Sequence record: NZ_CP118102.1
Length of the DNA: 64,000 bases
Reading direction: 5' to 3' (one strand)
From: a plasmid
Position 1 is the stretch's first letter. Each line of letters opens with the position of its first letter. Below are positions 1 to 9,652 of this stretch, one piece after another. The position numbers and the translations under genes are program-made. Under the pieces are notes generated by a model. It searched no databases, was not told the origin of the DNA, and saw only the letters and a list, made by a program, of their open reading frames with translations.

Positions 1-53
1 CCAAGTTACTTTTTGGTAACGGGGAACAAAAAACAATTGACTTAAACTATGCG

Positions 54-710
54 ATGAACATTTTACAGGTTCAGAATCTTAAAATGCCTCCTGTAGAAAA
101 GCCTCCCGGGAACTACTCCTTGGTTGAGAAAATGTCTGTAGCCACGATGTATTCAATTGGTCGATTCATGGATACCTTCATTTATTTTGATCGCTCGGTC
201 TTTACACTTGCCGAAATGGATGAGGCATGGGCGATCCTGCGAACTCAAATCGGGAAGGAAATGGCCGATCGTGTAATTCGTACGGGGCGCTCTCTAAATG
301 GCGGACTTGGAATTGCGACTCAAAACCCTACAGATGTAGCTGGTGACCTTGCTGGTAACATTGGAATGAAGTTTGCGTTTAGGGACTCAGACACAGCCAA
401 GATCAAAAGTACGCTTTCCTACTTTGGATTGGAGCACACTCAAGAAAATATTGATCTAATTAAGAATCTTGATAATGGGCAATGTCTCATGCAGGATATT
501 TACGGCCGAAATGGTGTACTTACAGTAGATGTTGTATTTCAACGTCTCTTTGATTGTTTTGATACTAGACCACCTGAAGAGGATAGTTCAGAAACAAGAG
601 AGGAAACAGAGTATACAATACTTGAGAAATTCCAAGAACACTATGAGCAGTATGCTGCTGCAGGTGATGTAGGAGGGGAGCTTGATGGAGAAGACCCCGA
701 CCATGATTAA
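54..710 (+). CDS. C-terminal part of a VirB4/ConE-like conjugative type-IV secretion ATPase. The gene probably begins upstream of the window.
   Basis: The frame is open from the window start. A DEAW Walker-B-like motif (LAEMDEAWAIL) and a GIATQNPTD motif are typical of the VirB4/TrbE C-terminal ATPase region. A conjugation membrane protein and a wall hydrolase follow. Confidence 0.6.
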   Translation: MNILQVQNLKMPPVEKPPGNYSLVEKMSVATMYSIGRFMDTFIYFDRSVFTLAEMDEAWAILRTQIGKEMADRVIRTGRSLNGGLGIATQNPTDVAGDLAGNIGMKFAFRDSDTAKIKSTLSYFGLEHTQENIDLIKNLDNGQCLMQDIYGRNGVLTVDVVFQRLFDCFDTRPPEEDSSETREETEYTILEKFQEHYEQYAAAGDVGGELDGEDPDHD

Positions 711-3534
711 GCGAGGAGTGAAAATAAGGAAGTCTCTTGTATTGCTAGGTGTAATAGTATCATTTCTCCTAGTCTTGATACTTCCTACAGTAGTAGAAGC
801 ATCCTCCATCGATGAAATGATTCCTTCTGACAACAACAAAGAAGGGATATATAACAAGTATGGAGCAACCAACTATTCATTTCAAACACTGATCCCAGAG
901 CGATCATTCTGGCAAATAGGTCAGAAAGCTTCGGACGGTATAATCAGGGTTTATGATCATGTACTAAGTTTCTTTTTTCTTGTCCTAGTTCAAATCACTC
1001 GTTTATTCACCTTTTTATCTCATCAAGCATTTACATTTTCCTTTATGGATCAATTAATCGATGCTGCTGAGGATATTATTCAAAGTGTCGCAGGGGTGAA
1101 TAACGGTCTCTTAGGTAACGGTCTATGGGGGAGTCTCTTGGGGATTTTTGCTTCCATTACCGTTCTTTATATCTTGTTTAATATGCTTCGAGGAAGATAC
1201 ATGGATGGATATCAATCCGCATTAGGCTTCGTAATGGCTCTTGTCATATGTCTCGGTTTTATTTCAAACGCAGGCACCATTATTAAGTCTTTTAATGGGA
1301 TCGGCAACGAGGTGGGGGGGATGATGTACTCCATGCTCGCCAAAACAACTGGTCTTAATACTGATCCTAACAATGGTGTAGGAACGATCTCAGAACAAGT
1401 ATGGAATGAGCTAGTAGTTCGACCCTACACCATGCTCCAGTTTGATGATCCAGACGTTCAAAAAAAAGACCCTCAACTTTTTAACGAAGTTCTTTCAACA
1501 GCACCATTTTCAGATGAACGAGAAGCAGTTTTACAGAAGGCACTAAGTAAGTACCCCGACATTGGGCGAGAAAGACCATATGAACAGATGCTAATACTTG
1601 TGTGTTACTATGCATTCTCCATTTTTACACTTGGGTTATTTATCTTCTGGGCTGTCCTTTCTATATTCTATCGTTTGAAACTGCTAATTCATGCAGCTGT
1701 TATGGCCGTAACGTTACTTGCAACGCTTCTTCCAGGTAAAGAAGCTGGGTTCAACTCTATGAAGCAACAATTCATCAAATTAATAGGTCTTTGTGTAATG
1801 ACCGCCTTTGTCATGTTTTTCTTAAGTCTATCCCTAGTATTTGGACATCTATCCTTTGATGTTGTCTATTCAGCAGGAGCAGGCTGGTTTACCGCAATGA
1901 TAGTAGAGGCAATTGTAGTTGTTGTTATATTCAAATATCGTAACGAGATTGGACAAGTTTTCAGCAAAGCAGCCGGTCATATTCCAATGCCGGAACGTGC
2001 CAAATCCACTGTTGTAGATACATTACAGCGTGGTGCAACGAGAACCTTGTATCACAGTACTGCTGGTAAAATCAGTAGCATGTTTAACCGAAAAGAGCAT
2101 GAAGGAGTTCCTAGTACATTTACTCCGTCTTCTCTCAGTACTGCCGGCACCAACATTAACGATGCTACTACAGCAAGTATGGTCCTGCGTTACCAGCGAG
2201 AGAAACAAGCTGCCGAACAAATTTCTAATGAATCTGGAGCAGAGGCACAATATTCTCCTTTTGTTCAGAAAGTAAATGAGAATCTTCGGAATGGCAGTAA
2301 AAATCCTTTCCGTGGGTTGGACAAAGAATGGAAAGAAGAGAAGAACAGATTGTCGTCTGTCAAAACTGATGGTGGAGATATGCGTAACGCGATTCTTATG
2401 CAGGGCGTAAATGAGAACATGAATGATCAAGAGGTTGCATCAACATTGTATTCAAATGAGAATGCAATCCGAGAAGCAAGTTCCTTCATGGTGAATCGAC
2501 CAAAACAGGCTATAAACCAACTCGACAGGGCCAAAACACTCAATCGGAATCGTAAACTCGAAACTGCAGTGGATGATTTTGTTATGGTCCAATTGTTCCA
2601 AAGGTACAAAACGGAATATAAGCAAGCTGTTGATACCTCCATCGAGACGGGTGAACCAATCAGACACTCTGACTTTGTAAAGAAAATGGATGGTCGATTT
2701 AAGGAAGCAGGGCTCAGCAACACCAACAAAGTAAACACTACGATGCTATCAAGAAAAAGTAGGATTGCCGTTGCTACTCATTTCCAATCGATGCCTGAGT
2801 ATGGAGCACAGAAGGAGCGGCTACTAAAAGCTAATGACTCATTCCGAAGGGTAGCCGTACAAAATGGTGGAATATCTGAAGTACCTAAAATTCAGCTAAA
2901 TCCTTTACAGAATCCTGCTACTATTATGAAAAATATGCCTCCTCTACCAACGGCTCAGTTCGGATCTAGAGGAAATAAGTATAGTGCAGGAAGCTTTAAT
3001 ACTACTAAATCTGTACCATCATCAATATTGTCGGCTCCTGCAGTACCTGCAGCTCTTGCAGCTCCTGTAACTTTACCATCCGTTCCTGATCCTAAGAAGA
3101 CTATGAACAATGTTAAGGGTAAGAATATCGCAACTCAATTTAACGTTCCTATGTCTGTTACAGCAACTCCTGTGACCGATCCTAAACTAACCATTAACAA
3201 TGTTAAATTTAGTAATCCGGATCTTAAGAACAAGATTGAAGCTTCACGTGCCAATCTCAAAAACAGCATCACTACGGATGACCTTCAAGACATGCGGCTT
3301 GAAATTGATACTAATGCAAAAACCGAAGTGGTCATGAATTTGAGGAATAAGGTAACTGGTGAAGTAACAGGTGGACTAGATGATATGAAAGCGTCCCTTG
3401 AAATCATGAAAAAGGCCCGCGGTCAGCTGCATCGCGCTGAAGTTTCTTCTGCCAATCGTAACATTGAGAAAACAGTGGCAAATAAAGCGCAAAGCGGTAG
3501 AAAACAAACCAGGGTCCTAAAACAGCTTGAGTAG
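682..3534 (+). CDS. Large polytopic membrane protein of the conjugation apparatus (ConG / Tn916 Orf15 / VirB6-like). The C-terminal half is hydrophilic and low-complexity.
   Basis: 950 aa. The N-terminal half has several hydrophobic segments (LVLLGVIVSFLLVLILPTVV; ILVCYYAFSIFTLGLFIFWAVLSIF; LIGLCVMTAFVMFFLSLSLVF). It sits between the VirB4-like and hydrolase genes as in ICEBs1 (conE-conG-cwlT) and Tn916 (orf16-15-14). It overlaps the upstream gene end. The C-terminal internal near-repeat is DPKKTMNNVKG / DPKLTINNVKF. Confidence 0.5.
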   Translation: MMEKTPTMIKRGVKIRKSLVLLGVIVSFLLVLILPTVVEASSIDEMIPSDNNKEGIYNKYGATNYSFQTLIPERSFWQIGQKASDGIIRVYDHVLSFFFLVLVQITRLFTFLSHQAFTFSFMDQLIDAAEDIIQSVAGVNNGLLGNGLWGSLLGIFASITVLYILFNMLRGRYMDGYQSALGFVMALVICLGFISNAGTIIKSFNGIGNEVGGMMYSMLAKTTGLNTDPNNGVGTISEQVWNELVVRPYTMLQFDDPDVQKKDPQLFNEVLSTAPFSDEREAVLQKALSKYPDIGRERPYEQMLILVCYYAFSIFTLGLFIFWAVLSIFYRLKLLIHAAVMAVTLLATLLPGKEAGFNSMKQQFIKLIGLCVMTAFVMFFLSLSLVFGHLSFDVVYSAGAGWFTAMIVEAIVVVVIFKYRNEIGQVFSKAAGHIPMPERAKSTVVDTLQRGATRTLYHSTAGKISSMFNRKEHEGVPSTFTPSSLSTAGTNINDATTASMVLRYQREKQAAEQISNESGAEAQYSPFVQKVNENLRNGSKNPFRGLDKEWKEEKNRLSSVKTDGGDMRNAILMQGVNENMNDQEVASTLYSNENAIREASSFMVNRPKQAINQLDRAKTLNRNRKLETAVDDFVMVQLFQRYKTEYKQAVDTSIETGEPIRHSDFVKKMDGRFKEAGLSNTNKVNTTMLSRKSRIAVATHFQSMPEYGAQKERLLKANDSFRRVAVQNGGISEVPKIQLNPLQNPATIMKNMPPLPTAQFGSRGNKYSAGSFNTTKSVPSSILSAPAVPAALAAPVTLPSVPDPKKTMNNVKGKNIATQFNVPMSVTATPVTDPKLTINNVKFSNPDLKNKIEASRANLKNSITTDDLQDMRLEIDTNAKTEVVMNLRNKVTGEVTGGLDDMKASLEIMKKARGQLHRAEVSSANRNIEKTVANKAQSGRKQTRVLKQLE

Positions 3535-3551
3535 TAAGGGGGCGTACTATT

Positions 3552-5402
3552 TTGCTAGACAAGAAAGCTATTATTGGTGAAGCATTGCAAGGTGGTTTGA
3601 ATAAGGAAAACCTTAAGCAACGAATCAAAAATGAAGCGATAAAGCGACTGCTCAATAAAGTATCAACATCGTTATTGAAAAACCCTGTGTTTTGGATCGT
3701 AACTGCAGTGCTGGCTGGAATCTTCATGTTCTTCTTTCTGATCGCAGCGCTAGTTTCATCTACAACCGTCGTTGCTTCTTCTGCATTTGTATCTGAAAGG
3801 GTGTTACCTCCTCAAATTTACTATCGTGATCTGGATAAGATCATAACCAGTGAGTTTGGGGAGCGAACTGACCCTGTTTTTGGAACGAAAGCTTTCCATA
3901 AAGGAATTGATTTCGGTATACCCGTGGGCACTCCAATCATCAGCTCATTCGATGGCGTTGTAACAACCGTGAGTTATCCGTCTACAAACTCAACGGAAAG
4001 TAATTCAAATGCCGGTATATATGTCTCGGTTAAAAGTTCTGATCCTGAGCTTTCATCCACCACAAGATACCTTCATTTGAGTGAAGCATTCGTCGAGCCA
4101 GGTCAATTGGTTCGTCGAGGGGAAATCATTGGACTATCGGGGAACACTGGTAAGTCTACAGGTCCTCATCTTCATTATGAGTGGATTCCTGAAGGGGAAG
4201 AGCCAGTTGACCCTACTCCTTTCATAATGCTCATGTCTAAGGCAACGGATACTGCTAGTAAAGAAGCTTTTAAGTATTTCGATAAGGTGAAATTTTCTAA
4301 AGAAGATGGAGATTATGATTATTTTTCAAATAAGATGCTCTATTTAAGCGGAGTCTATATGGAATCTGCTGCACCTCCATTTAGCAATATGGGAACTGTA
4401 ACGACACGAAATGTTCAGACTGGCGCGTCCAGCTCAACAACTGGGGAGGGAACTGAAACTTCAGAAGACGTACCTGAAGTTTCAGTTCCACCAAATCTAG
4501 GTTCACTAACTCATCCCTTCTTTATTGAGTATGCTGCCGCTGCCATGGAAGAAGAACGCAGAAGCGGGGTACCTGCAAGTGTCACTCTTGCACAAGCTGC
4601 GCTCGAATCAGGGTATGGTCAACGAAGCGTATGTAATAACGTTTTTGGTATCAAAGCATCCAAAGGGTGGAAAGGTCCTACTTGTTCATCTCCAACTAAA
4701 GAAGAATATGGTGGTAACATTGTCACGATCGTTGGTACGTTCCGTGCCTACTCTAGTGTAGAGCAATCATTTGCAGATCATTCAGCTTTTCTTTTAGAAA
4801 ACCCTCGCTATCGTTTTGCTTTAGCCCAGGATAATCCCTATGCCTTCGCAAATGAATTACAACGGGCAGGATATGCTACAGATAGCCAATATGCAAATAA
4901 GCTTAAGAGTATTATGAGAAGTCAGAATCTCGTCTCCCTCGATGCCAACGGAGGAATTGATCCTGCAACTGGACAGCCTTTCAATGATGTACCATTCGGT
5001 AGTGGGGGAGGAAGTGTAGGAAGCGGTGGAAGCGGTGGAAGCAGCAGAGGGAGTGTAAATACTGATGGTACTGTAACTCTCGTATTCGGCATCCAGCAAT
5101 TTTATGGTAACTATGCAAAGCAGGTATACCGATCAACGTCAACTGTTACAGACTCCAAAACCGGTAAAACACAAACTAGTCAAACGGTTACTAAATCCGA
5201 TCTAATCGATCCGACTTTTAATAAACCAATCATTAATTCAGTTAATTATAATAACGTGGTGAACAATGGAGGTTACGGGGAGACTGAAGGACCTAATCTA
5301 TTTGTTAAGGACCTTCCTGCAGCTATTGCAGTAACTCTTTCCAGTGGTACCGATGAGGAACTTTATATCTCTAACGTTCAGTACGTAAGGGGGACATACT
5401 AA
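3552..5402 (+). CDS. Bifunctional peptidoglycan hydrolase, a functional analogue of the conjugation hydrolase CwlT. It has an N-terminal TM anchor, an M23 (LytM) peptidase domain and a FlgJ/LYZ2-type N-acetylglucosaminidase domain.
   Basis: TTG start with a GGGGG RBS. M23 motifs HKGIDFGIPVGTPI and HLHYEW. Glucosaminidase motif VTLAQAALESGYGQ...NVFGIK. A Gly/Ser linker GSGGGSVGSGGSGGSS lies near the C-terminus. A hydrophobic segment WIVTAVLAGIFMFFFLIAALV lies near the N-terminus. Confidence 0.75.
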   Translation: MLDKKAIIGEALQGGLNKENLKQRIKNEAIKRLLNKVSTSLLKNPVFWIVTAVLAGIFMFFFLIAALVSSTTVVASSAFVSERVLPPQIYYRDLDKIITSEFGERTDPVFGTKAFHKGIDFGIPVGTPIISSFDGVVTTVSYPSTNSTESNSNAGIYVSVKSSDPELSSTTRYLHLSEAFVEPGQLVRRGEIIGLSGNTGKSTGPHLHYEWIPEGEEPVDPTPFIMLMSKATDTASKEAFKYFDKVKFSKEDGDYDYFSNKMLYLSGVYMESAAPPFSNMGTVTTRNVQTGASSSTTGEGTETSEDVPEVSVPPNLGSLTHPFFIEYAAAAMEEERRSGVPASVTLAQAALESGYGQRSVCNNVFGIKASKGWKGPTCSSPTKEEYGGNIVTIVGTFRAYSSVEQSFADHSAFLLENPRYRFALAQDNPYAFANELQRAGYATDSQYANKLKSIMRSQNLVSLDANGGIDPATGQPFNDVPFGSGGGSVGSGGSGGSSRGSVNTDGTVTLVFGIQQFYGNYAKQVYRSTSTVTDSKTGKTQTSQTVTKSDLIDPTFNKPIINSVNYNNVVNNGGYGETEGPNLFVKDLPAAIAVTLSSGTDEELYISNVQYVRGTY

Positions 5403-5800
5403 TGAATGTACAATTAGTTGAACAGTTACAGACCGAAACATACTTTATGCTTAATTTAGAAATCACTTTCACCGGCTTAAAAGAATGGTTTCATATGGCT
5501 GGAATGCAATGCGATGATGTATCCCTTTTTCAAAGTATCCTGATGCCAGAAAAGATATCACCGGAGAAGCAAGTTGAATTTGCACAGTTGATACTGTATC
5601 GACATGAGGATGTCTTCTTCCAGATGCATCGAGGATTATCTGCCGAAGAGCCGCTTCATCAGTTACTCATACAATTGCTGAACGTTAGAACTCTTCATGG
5701 TGAGGAGACTGCTATCCTTGATCTATGGGAAAAATTGAACCTTGATCGCAAAGAAACGGATCCAAAGTACCGTTCTATTTACGAGTTGTTTAGCAATTAG
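5402..5800 (+). CDS. hypothetical protein (132 aa)
   Basis: ORF with an AAGGGGG RBS. Its start overlaps the stop of the hydrolase gene (ATGA). No recognisable motif. Confidence 0.4.
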   Translation: MNVQLVEQLQTETYFMLNLEITFTGLKEWFHMAGMQCDDVSLFQSILMPEKISPEKQVEFAQLILYRHEDVFFQMHRGLSAEEPLHQLLIQLLNVRTLHGEETAILDLWEKLNLDRKETDPKYRSIYELFSN

Positions 5801-6124
5801 TATTCTATTTTCCTGCAAAAAGTTTATTTAACCGCTTGGGGAAGCATAACAATTAATACTGGGGTAATAGATGGGTCGATTGAAGGCCTTTCTATTGCCC
5901 CTTTTCCATAATTAGACTATAATCATTGTATTACTATTAAATGAATTATTTTTCTTTGCTGCTATATTTCAGCGAAGAGAGGAGCATGTTGTTCATATTC
6001 GACAACGATAAATAATTGCCTTGATGCAAAAGGATGGAGCAGGCCCTATTCAGGTGTGCTTTTATTTTTGCGTTCAGGGCTTATTTATTTTCATCTATCT
6101 CAGAGAAAAGGGGGTAATAAAGAC

Positions 6125-6517
6125 GTGGATTACCGTAAGGAAAATTGGTCCTACGAGTTAGAGTGTTTCCGGAAAGCGGTGAATGGGGGCGTTGACGGCT
6201 TCATCATTGAAATTGCCGATCATTACTTAAATGATCGCCTTGACAATGAAGAGTACGAGGATCGTACATATACTCAAATCGATATCGCCGTAGCCATTTT
6301 TAACGGAAAAATAATTGAAGGATATTCAAGTGAAGATAATCGGATAAGGGAATCTCGCTCCATGGGACTAGTTACCCCTAGCCGTTTAGTTCTCGGCAAA
6401 GATCTTCAGGGAAATTGGTTCATTATTGTAGTTGGATTGCTCACAAGCAAGCATTTCAAGGTGGTTACTTGTTACCCTCCTGGAAAACGCCATCTTCCGT
6501 ATATCGAGAATTTTTAA
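6125..6517 (+). CDS. hypothetical protein, possibly a DUF4258-like (RelE-fold) toxin. A GTG start is proposed.
   Basis: GTG at 6125 preceded by AAAGGGGG. The sequence pattern loosely resembles DUF4258 proteins, which commonly precede YgiT zinc-finger antitoxins. The ORF-track start at 6056 lacks an RBS. Confidence 0.3.
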   Translation: MDYRKENWSYELECFRKAVNGGVDGFIIEIADHYLNDRLDNEEYEDRTYTQIDIAVAIFNGKIIEGYSSEDNRIRESRSMGLVTPSRLVLGKDLQGNWFIIVVGLLTSKHFKVVTCYPPGKRHLPYIENF

Positions 6518-6576
6518 TGAGCTGAAATTTTTTGGAGAAACGGAGTTCCGTGATACAATAAGGTTAGAAGGAGGCG

Positions 6577-6858
6577 TTGTGCATGACGACTCATTGTGAC
6601 CGTTGCAAAGGGGAGTACGTAAATATGATAACCACCAAAACCCAAGTATTTGAAGGTGGCACTTTAATTGTTTCCGATGTTCCTGCAAGAAAATGCGAAT
6701 GTGAGGTACTAACGCAAATTCCTGATGGAGTTATTATGGAAGGTTATAAGATGCTGCTCGAAAAGAATGGAATTGTTGGTGATGTGACGGTATCGTTGGC
6801 TAAGCTCAAAGAGCATTTCACGCCAATGGATTTTATTAGACCGCATATCAGTACTTAA
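6577..6858 (+). CDS. YgiT-type (MqsA N-terminal-like) CxxC...CxC zinc-finger protein; putative antitoxin.
   Basis: 93 aa. The Cys pattern is CDRCKGEY...ARKCECEV. A GGAGG RBS lies upstream. Confidence 0.4.
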   Translation: MCMTTHCDRCKGEYVNMITTKTQVFEGGTLIVSDVPARKCECEVLTQIPDGVIMEGYKMLLEKNGIVGDVTVSLAKLKEHFTPMDFIRPHIST

Positions 6859-6879
6859 CCAGGAGTTATAAAAAGAGAA

Positions 6880-6932
6880 GTCCCAAGTAGAGTTTTACGT
6901 TAAAAAACGTGATTCTTGTTGGGGCTTTTTTT
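6880..6932 (+). terminator. putative rho-independent terminator
   Basis: Imperfect stem CCCAAG ... CTTGTTGGGG followed by CTTTTTTTATTTT. Confidence 0.35.
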
Positions 6933-7083
6933 ATTTTCTATGGACTATAAAAAACTATTGGAAGGACTGATCCTTTTGCCACATAAAAACACGGATAAGA
7001 CGAAAGTTCTGCTACTCATGAGTTATATTATCGGTCTTTGTCTGATAATTGATCACTTAGTTTTCGGGTAACGATCCAAAAAA

Positions 7084-7293
7084 ATGGGGGGAATAGATAT
7101 GAATAATTGCGAGCGCAGGTTTGATGGAGGACTGTTAGTCGTGACAAACATTGGAGATGAGGATGTTCAATTCATGAAGAAGATTGAGCAATACACCCAA
7201 CTCCTCAATCAACTTAAGGTATACGGCACCGTAGAAGTGACTTTGGCTGATCTGACACGAAGACTCAACGCAAAGTTAACTTCGATTGCGTAA
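7084..7293 (+). CDS. hypothetical small protein (69 aa)
   Basis: ORF with a GGGGG RBS. Confidence 0.3.
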   Translation: MGGIDMNNCERRFDGGLLVVTNIGDEDVQFMKKIEQYTQLLNQLKVYGTVEVTLADLTRRLNAKLTSIA

Positions 7294-7314
7294 CGCAAAA
7301 TAAGGATGGCCATA

Positions 7315-7344
7315 AAGAGAGCGACATGAGCGCTCTTTTTTTTG
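7315..7344 (+). terminator. rho-independent terminator
   Basis: Hairpin AGAGCGacatgAGCGCTCT followed by TTTTTTTT. Confidence 0.65.
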
Positions 7345-7365
7345 TGCCCTAAGGAGGCAATAAAA

Positions 7366-7626
7366 ATGATAAAAAAGGTTTCGATTCAGCTTAACCGGAG
7401 CCTAATTTGTGGTGGGGTAGCGATCGTTGATAAGAATGGTAGCGACGCTTGCATCTTCTTTGATGTTGTGAAATCCAATCCCATGAAAGTGATTGTTGGC
7501 AATCGTGGGAAGGAAGTACCTGAAAACGAGGCAGATGTCTATGAGCACACACTTCTAGAGCTCTTTGCAAAGCATAATGTGCCCCTGCAGCTAGGTACTT
7601 ACCTTGTTCAAACCCATGCGCTATAG
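7366..7626 (+). CDS. hypothetical protein (86 aa)
   Basis: ATG 8 nt after an AAGGAGG RBS. The ORF-track start at 7342 lies inside the upstream terminator. Confidence 0.4.
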   Translation: MIKKVSIQLNRSLICGGVAIVDKNGSDACIFFDVVKSNPMKVIVGNRGKEVPENEADVYEHTLLELFAKHNVPLQLGTYLVQTHAL

Positions 7627-7641
7627 AGAGGAGTAATATAT

Positions 7642-7983
7642 ATGCGAAAATTCAGTCGTAAACCCATCTGCCTGCTTATGAATCTTGGTGGCTTTGAAAC
7701 ACGTATCGATGAGCTCATAAATAAGGCATCCCGCATTGGAGAGATTGTTTATTCTCTCACAGGTGAAGGTATTGTTCCTTTTTCCACTCGAGGAATAGTT
7801 CCTGTGAATGTGATGACCTTATCTCCTGGTGAACTTCATGTATGGTCTTCACTGATCAATGAGCAGCTGCAAGAGCAGGGTATGAGTGTTGAGAACGTCG
7901 TCATCCTAGCTGCAGGACGTAAATATTGTGGAGTACTTCCATTAGGCACTATCGTCTATGAAGGCTTCAGGATAGGAGCGTGA
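7642..7983 (+). CDS. hypothetical protein (113 aa)
   Basis: ORF with a GAGAGGAG RBS. Confidence 0.4.
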   Translation: MRKFSRKPICLLMNLGGFETRIDELINKASRIGEIVYSLTGEGIVPFSTRGIVPVNVMTLSPGELHVWSSLINEQLQEQGMSVENVVILAAGRKYCGVLPLGTIVYEGFRIGA

Positions 7984-7986
7984 GTT

Positions 7987-8550
7987 ATGCAGCTGCTAAG
8001 TATTGCATTTAAGTGGCATGCTGAAGCACCTATCGATGCTGTTCTCCCCATTTTAAAGCTTGCAGGATTCACGCCAAGTAAGAAAAATATTTGGTACCGT
8101 TCCGTCGGTTTACACAAGCTTGAAATTGAGGCGCGTGTGCGAATGAATAATCCAGAGAGGTCTTATTTCTGGATTCGGTGGGTAAGCGCTAAGGGAGTCG
8201 TAGATAAGGGTCCATTGGAACGTCTGTTGAATGATTGGTTTTTTACACTCAACAGCCACGTCAACATAACGGTCAACTGGCTTCAGGTCAAAGTAGATAC
8301 CAATGACTTTAAGCCTCCGTTATCTGGCTACAAGGAAAATGTCCCTACAATTTGGGTCAAGGCGGAAAAGCAGATCCGATTATCTTTCTATCCAATCCTA
8401 GGTCACTATCATTTTGAGGCTAGGAACAGCGATATTCGGCTACCCATTCCACATAATCGTTTTTCACTATGGATCGATGAGCTTAAGCATAATTTGCTTG
8501 GACATCAGCGTCCAGATGATCAAATCACTTTTGACCTGAACGTAGGATAA
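7987..8550 (+). CDS. hypothetical protein (187 aa)
   Basis: ORF tightly packed after the previous gene. Confidence 0.4.
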   Translation: MQLLSIAFKWHAEAPIDAVLPILKLAGFTPSKKNIWYRSVGLHKLEIEARVRMNNPERSYFWIRWVSAKGVVDKGPLERLLNDWFFTLNSHVNITVNWLQVKVDTNDFKPPLSGYKENVPTIWVKAEKQIRLSFYPILGHYHFEARNSDIRLPIPHNRFSLWIDELKHNLLGHQRPDDQITFDLNVG

Positions 8551-8807
8551 AGAGAAGCATTTTGGGAACGCTTAGCTGCGTTACCCGCCGGAGGCAATAA
8601 ATAAAAACTCAATTAATGTGAGGAGGGAGCCCCTCTGCCGCAACAATGGTGAGGGCTCTTGTCCTCAGTTGCGGTAAGGGCAGATATATATGAATAACAA
8701 AGTAAACCTTATGAGACTTCAACGGATTTATAACCGCAGGAAGCAGCTAAAAAAGTATACCGTCATTGGAAAACTTTTGTCACGCTAATAAGGGAGGAGT
8801 AATAGAA

Positions 8808-9521
8808 ATGTCGTATTCGGTCTTAAACCAATCCGCTGTTAAAGAAGCCAGAAGCGTCTATTTTCATAGTTGTGACGTAAGTCGGCTCTCAGTTAAGGAT
8901 TTACTGATAGTTATCCTTGAGCCGATCGTGAAAAGCCGATCCATCTCTGCTGTAGTAGATGATATCCTGCAGAATGGGCTGCCATATCTCGGAACCTTAT
9001 CCGAGTTTGAATTATCGGTTCTTTTCGATCTGAACGAGAAACAGAGTTTCCAGTTGATGTCGATCTTTGAGTTGGCAAAGCGCATGAATACTTCTGTTGC
9101 TACTGAAGAGGTCATCATTCGATCTCCTGTAGACGCGAGATATGCCGTTCAAGATCTTAAATATTTGGATCGTGAACATTTCGTTACCCTTTATCTTAAC
9201 ACTAAGAACCGAGTGATTGGTCGTGAGACGGTATCTATCGGATCTTTGAATGCAACTTTAGTACATCCAAGAGAAGTATTTAAAGGGGCAATTCGAAAAG
9301 GTGCAGCGAGTGTTATTTTCGCTCATAACCATCCAAGTGGTAATCCTGAACCTAGCATAGAGGACATCAGCCTTACTGAAAGAATGGTGGAAGCCGGCGT
9401 AATCATAGGTATTGATGTACTGGACCATATAATCATTGGTGGAGATAAATATTACAGCATGAAGGAGAAAGGCAGACTTCCTATTCTTAAAGAAGCAAGT
9501 AATAAAGGAAGTATTGTTTGA
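8808..9521 (+). CDS. RadC-like JAB/MPN domain protein, typical of conjugative-element leading regions.
   Basis: JAMM motif HNHPSGNPEPSIEDISLT near the C-terminus. AGGGAGGAG RBS before the ATG at 8808. Confidence 0.85.
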   Translation: MSYSVLNQSAVKEARSVYFHSCDVSRLSVKDLLIVILEPIVKSRSISAVVDDILQNGLPYLGTLSEFELSVLFDLNEKQSFQLMSIFELAKRMNTSVATEEVIIRSPVDARYAVQDLKYLDREHFVTLYLNTKNRVIGRETVSIGSLNATLVHPREVFKGAIRKGAASVIFAHNHPSGNPEPSIEDISLTERMVEAGVIIGIDVLDHIIIGGDKYYSMKEKGRLPILKEASNKGSIV

Positions 9522-9652
9522 TGGAAGAGTCTTAAGAGATCCCGATTTAAGGCGGATTAGCTCATTGCTTACATAAAAAGGGCAGAGCGATGAAGCTCCT
9601 CCCTTTTTTCCATCATAAATAAATTAAATACACTAATTGGAGGATATAAAAA

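Noticed and set aside
2023-2738. Antisense ORFs inside the ConG-like gene (2023-2430, 2427-2738, 2452-2667)
   Set aside because: - They are fully embedded antisense to a long, well-supported CDS, with no RBS.
- Typical spurious ORFs.
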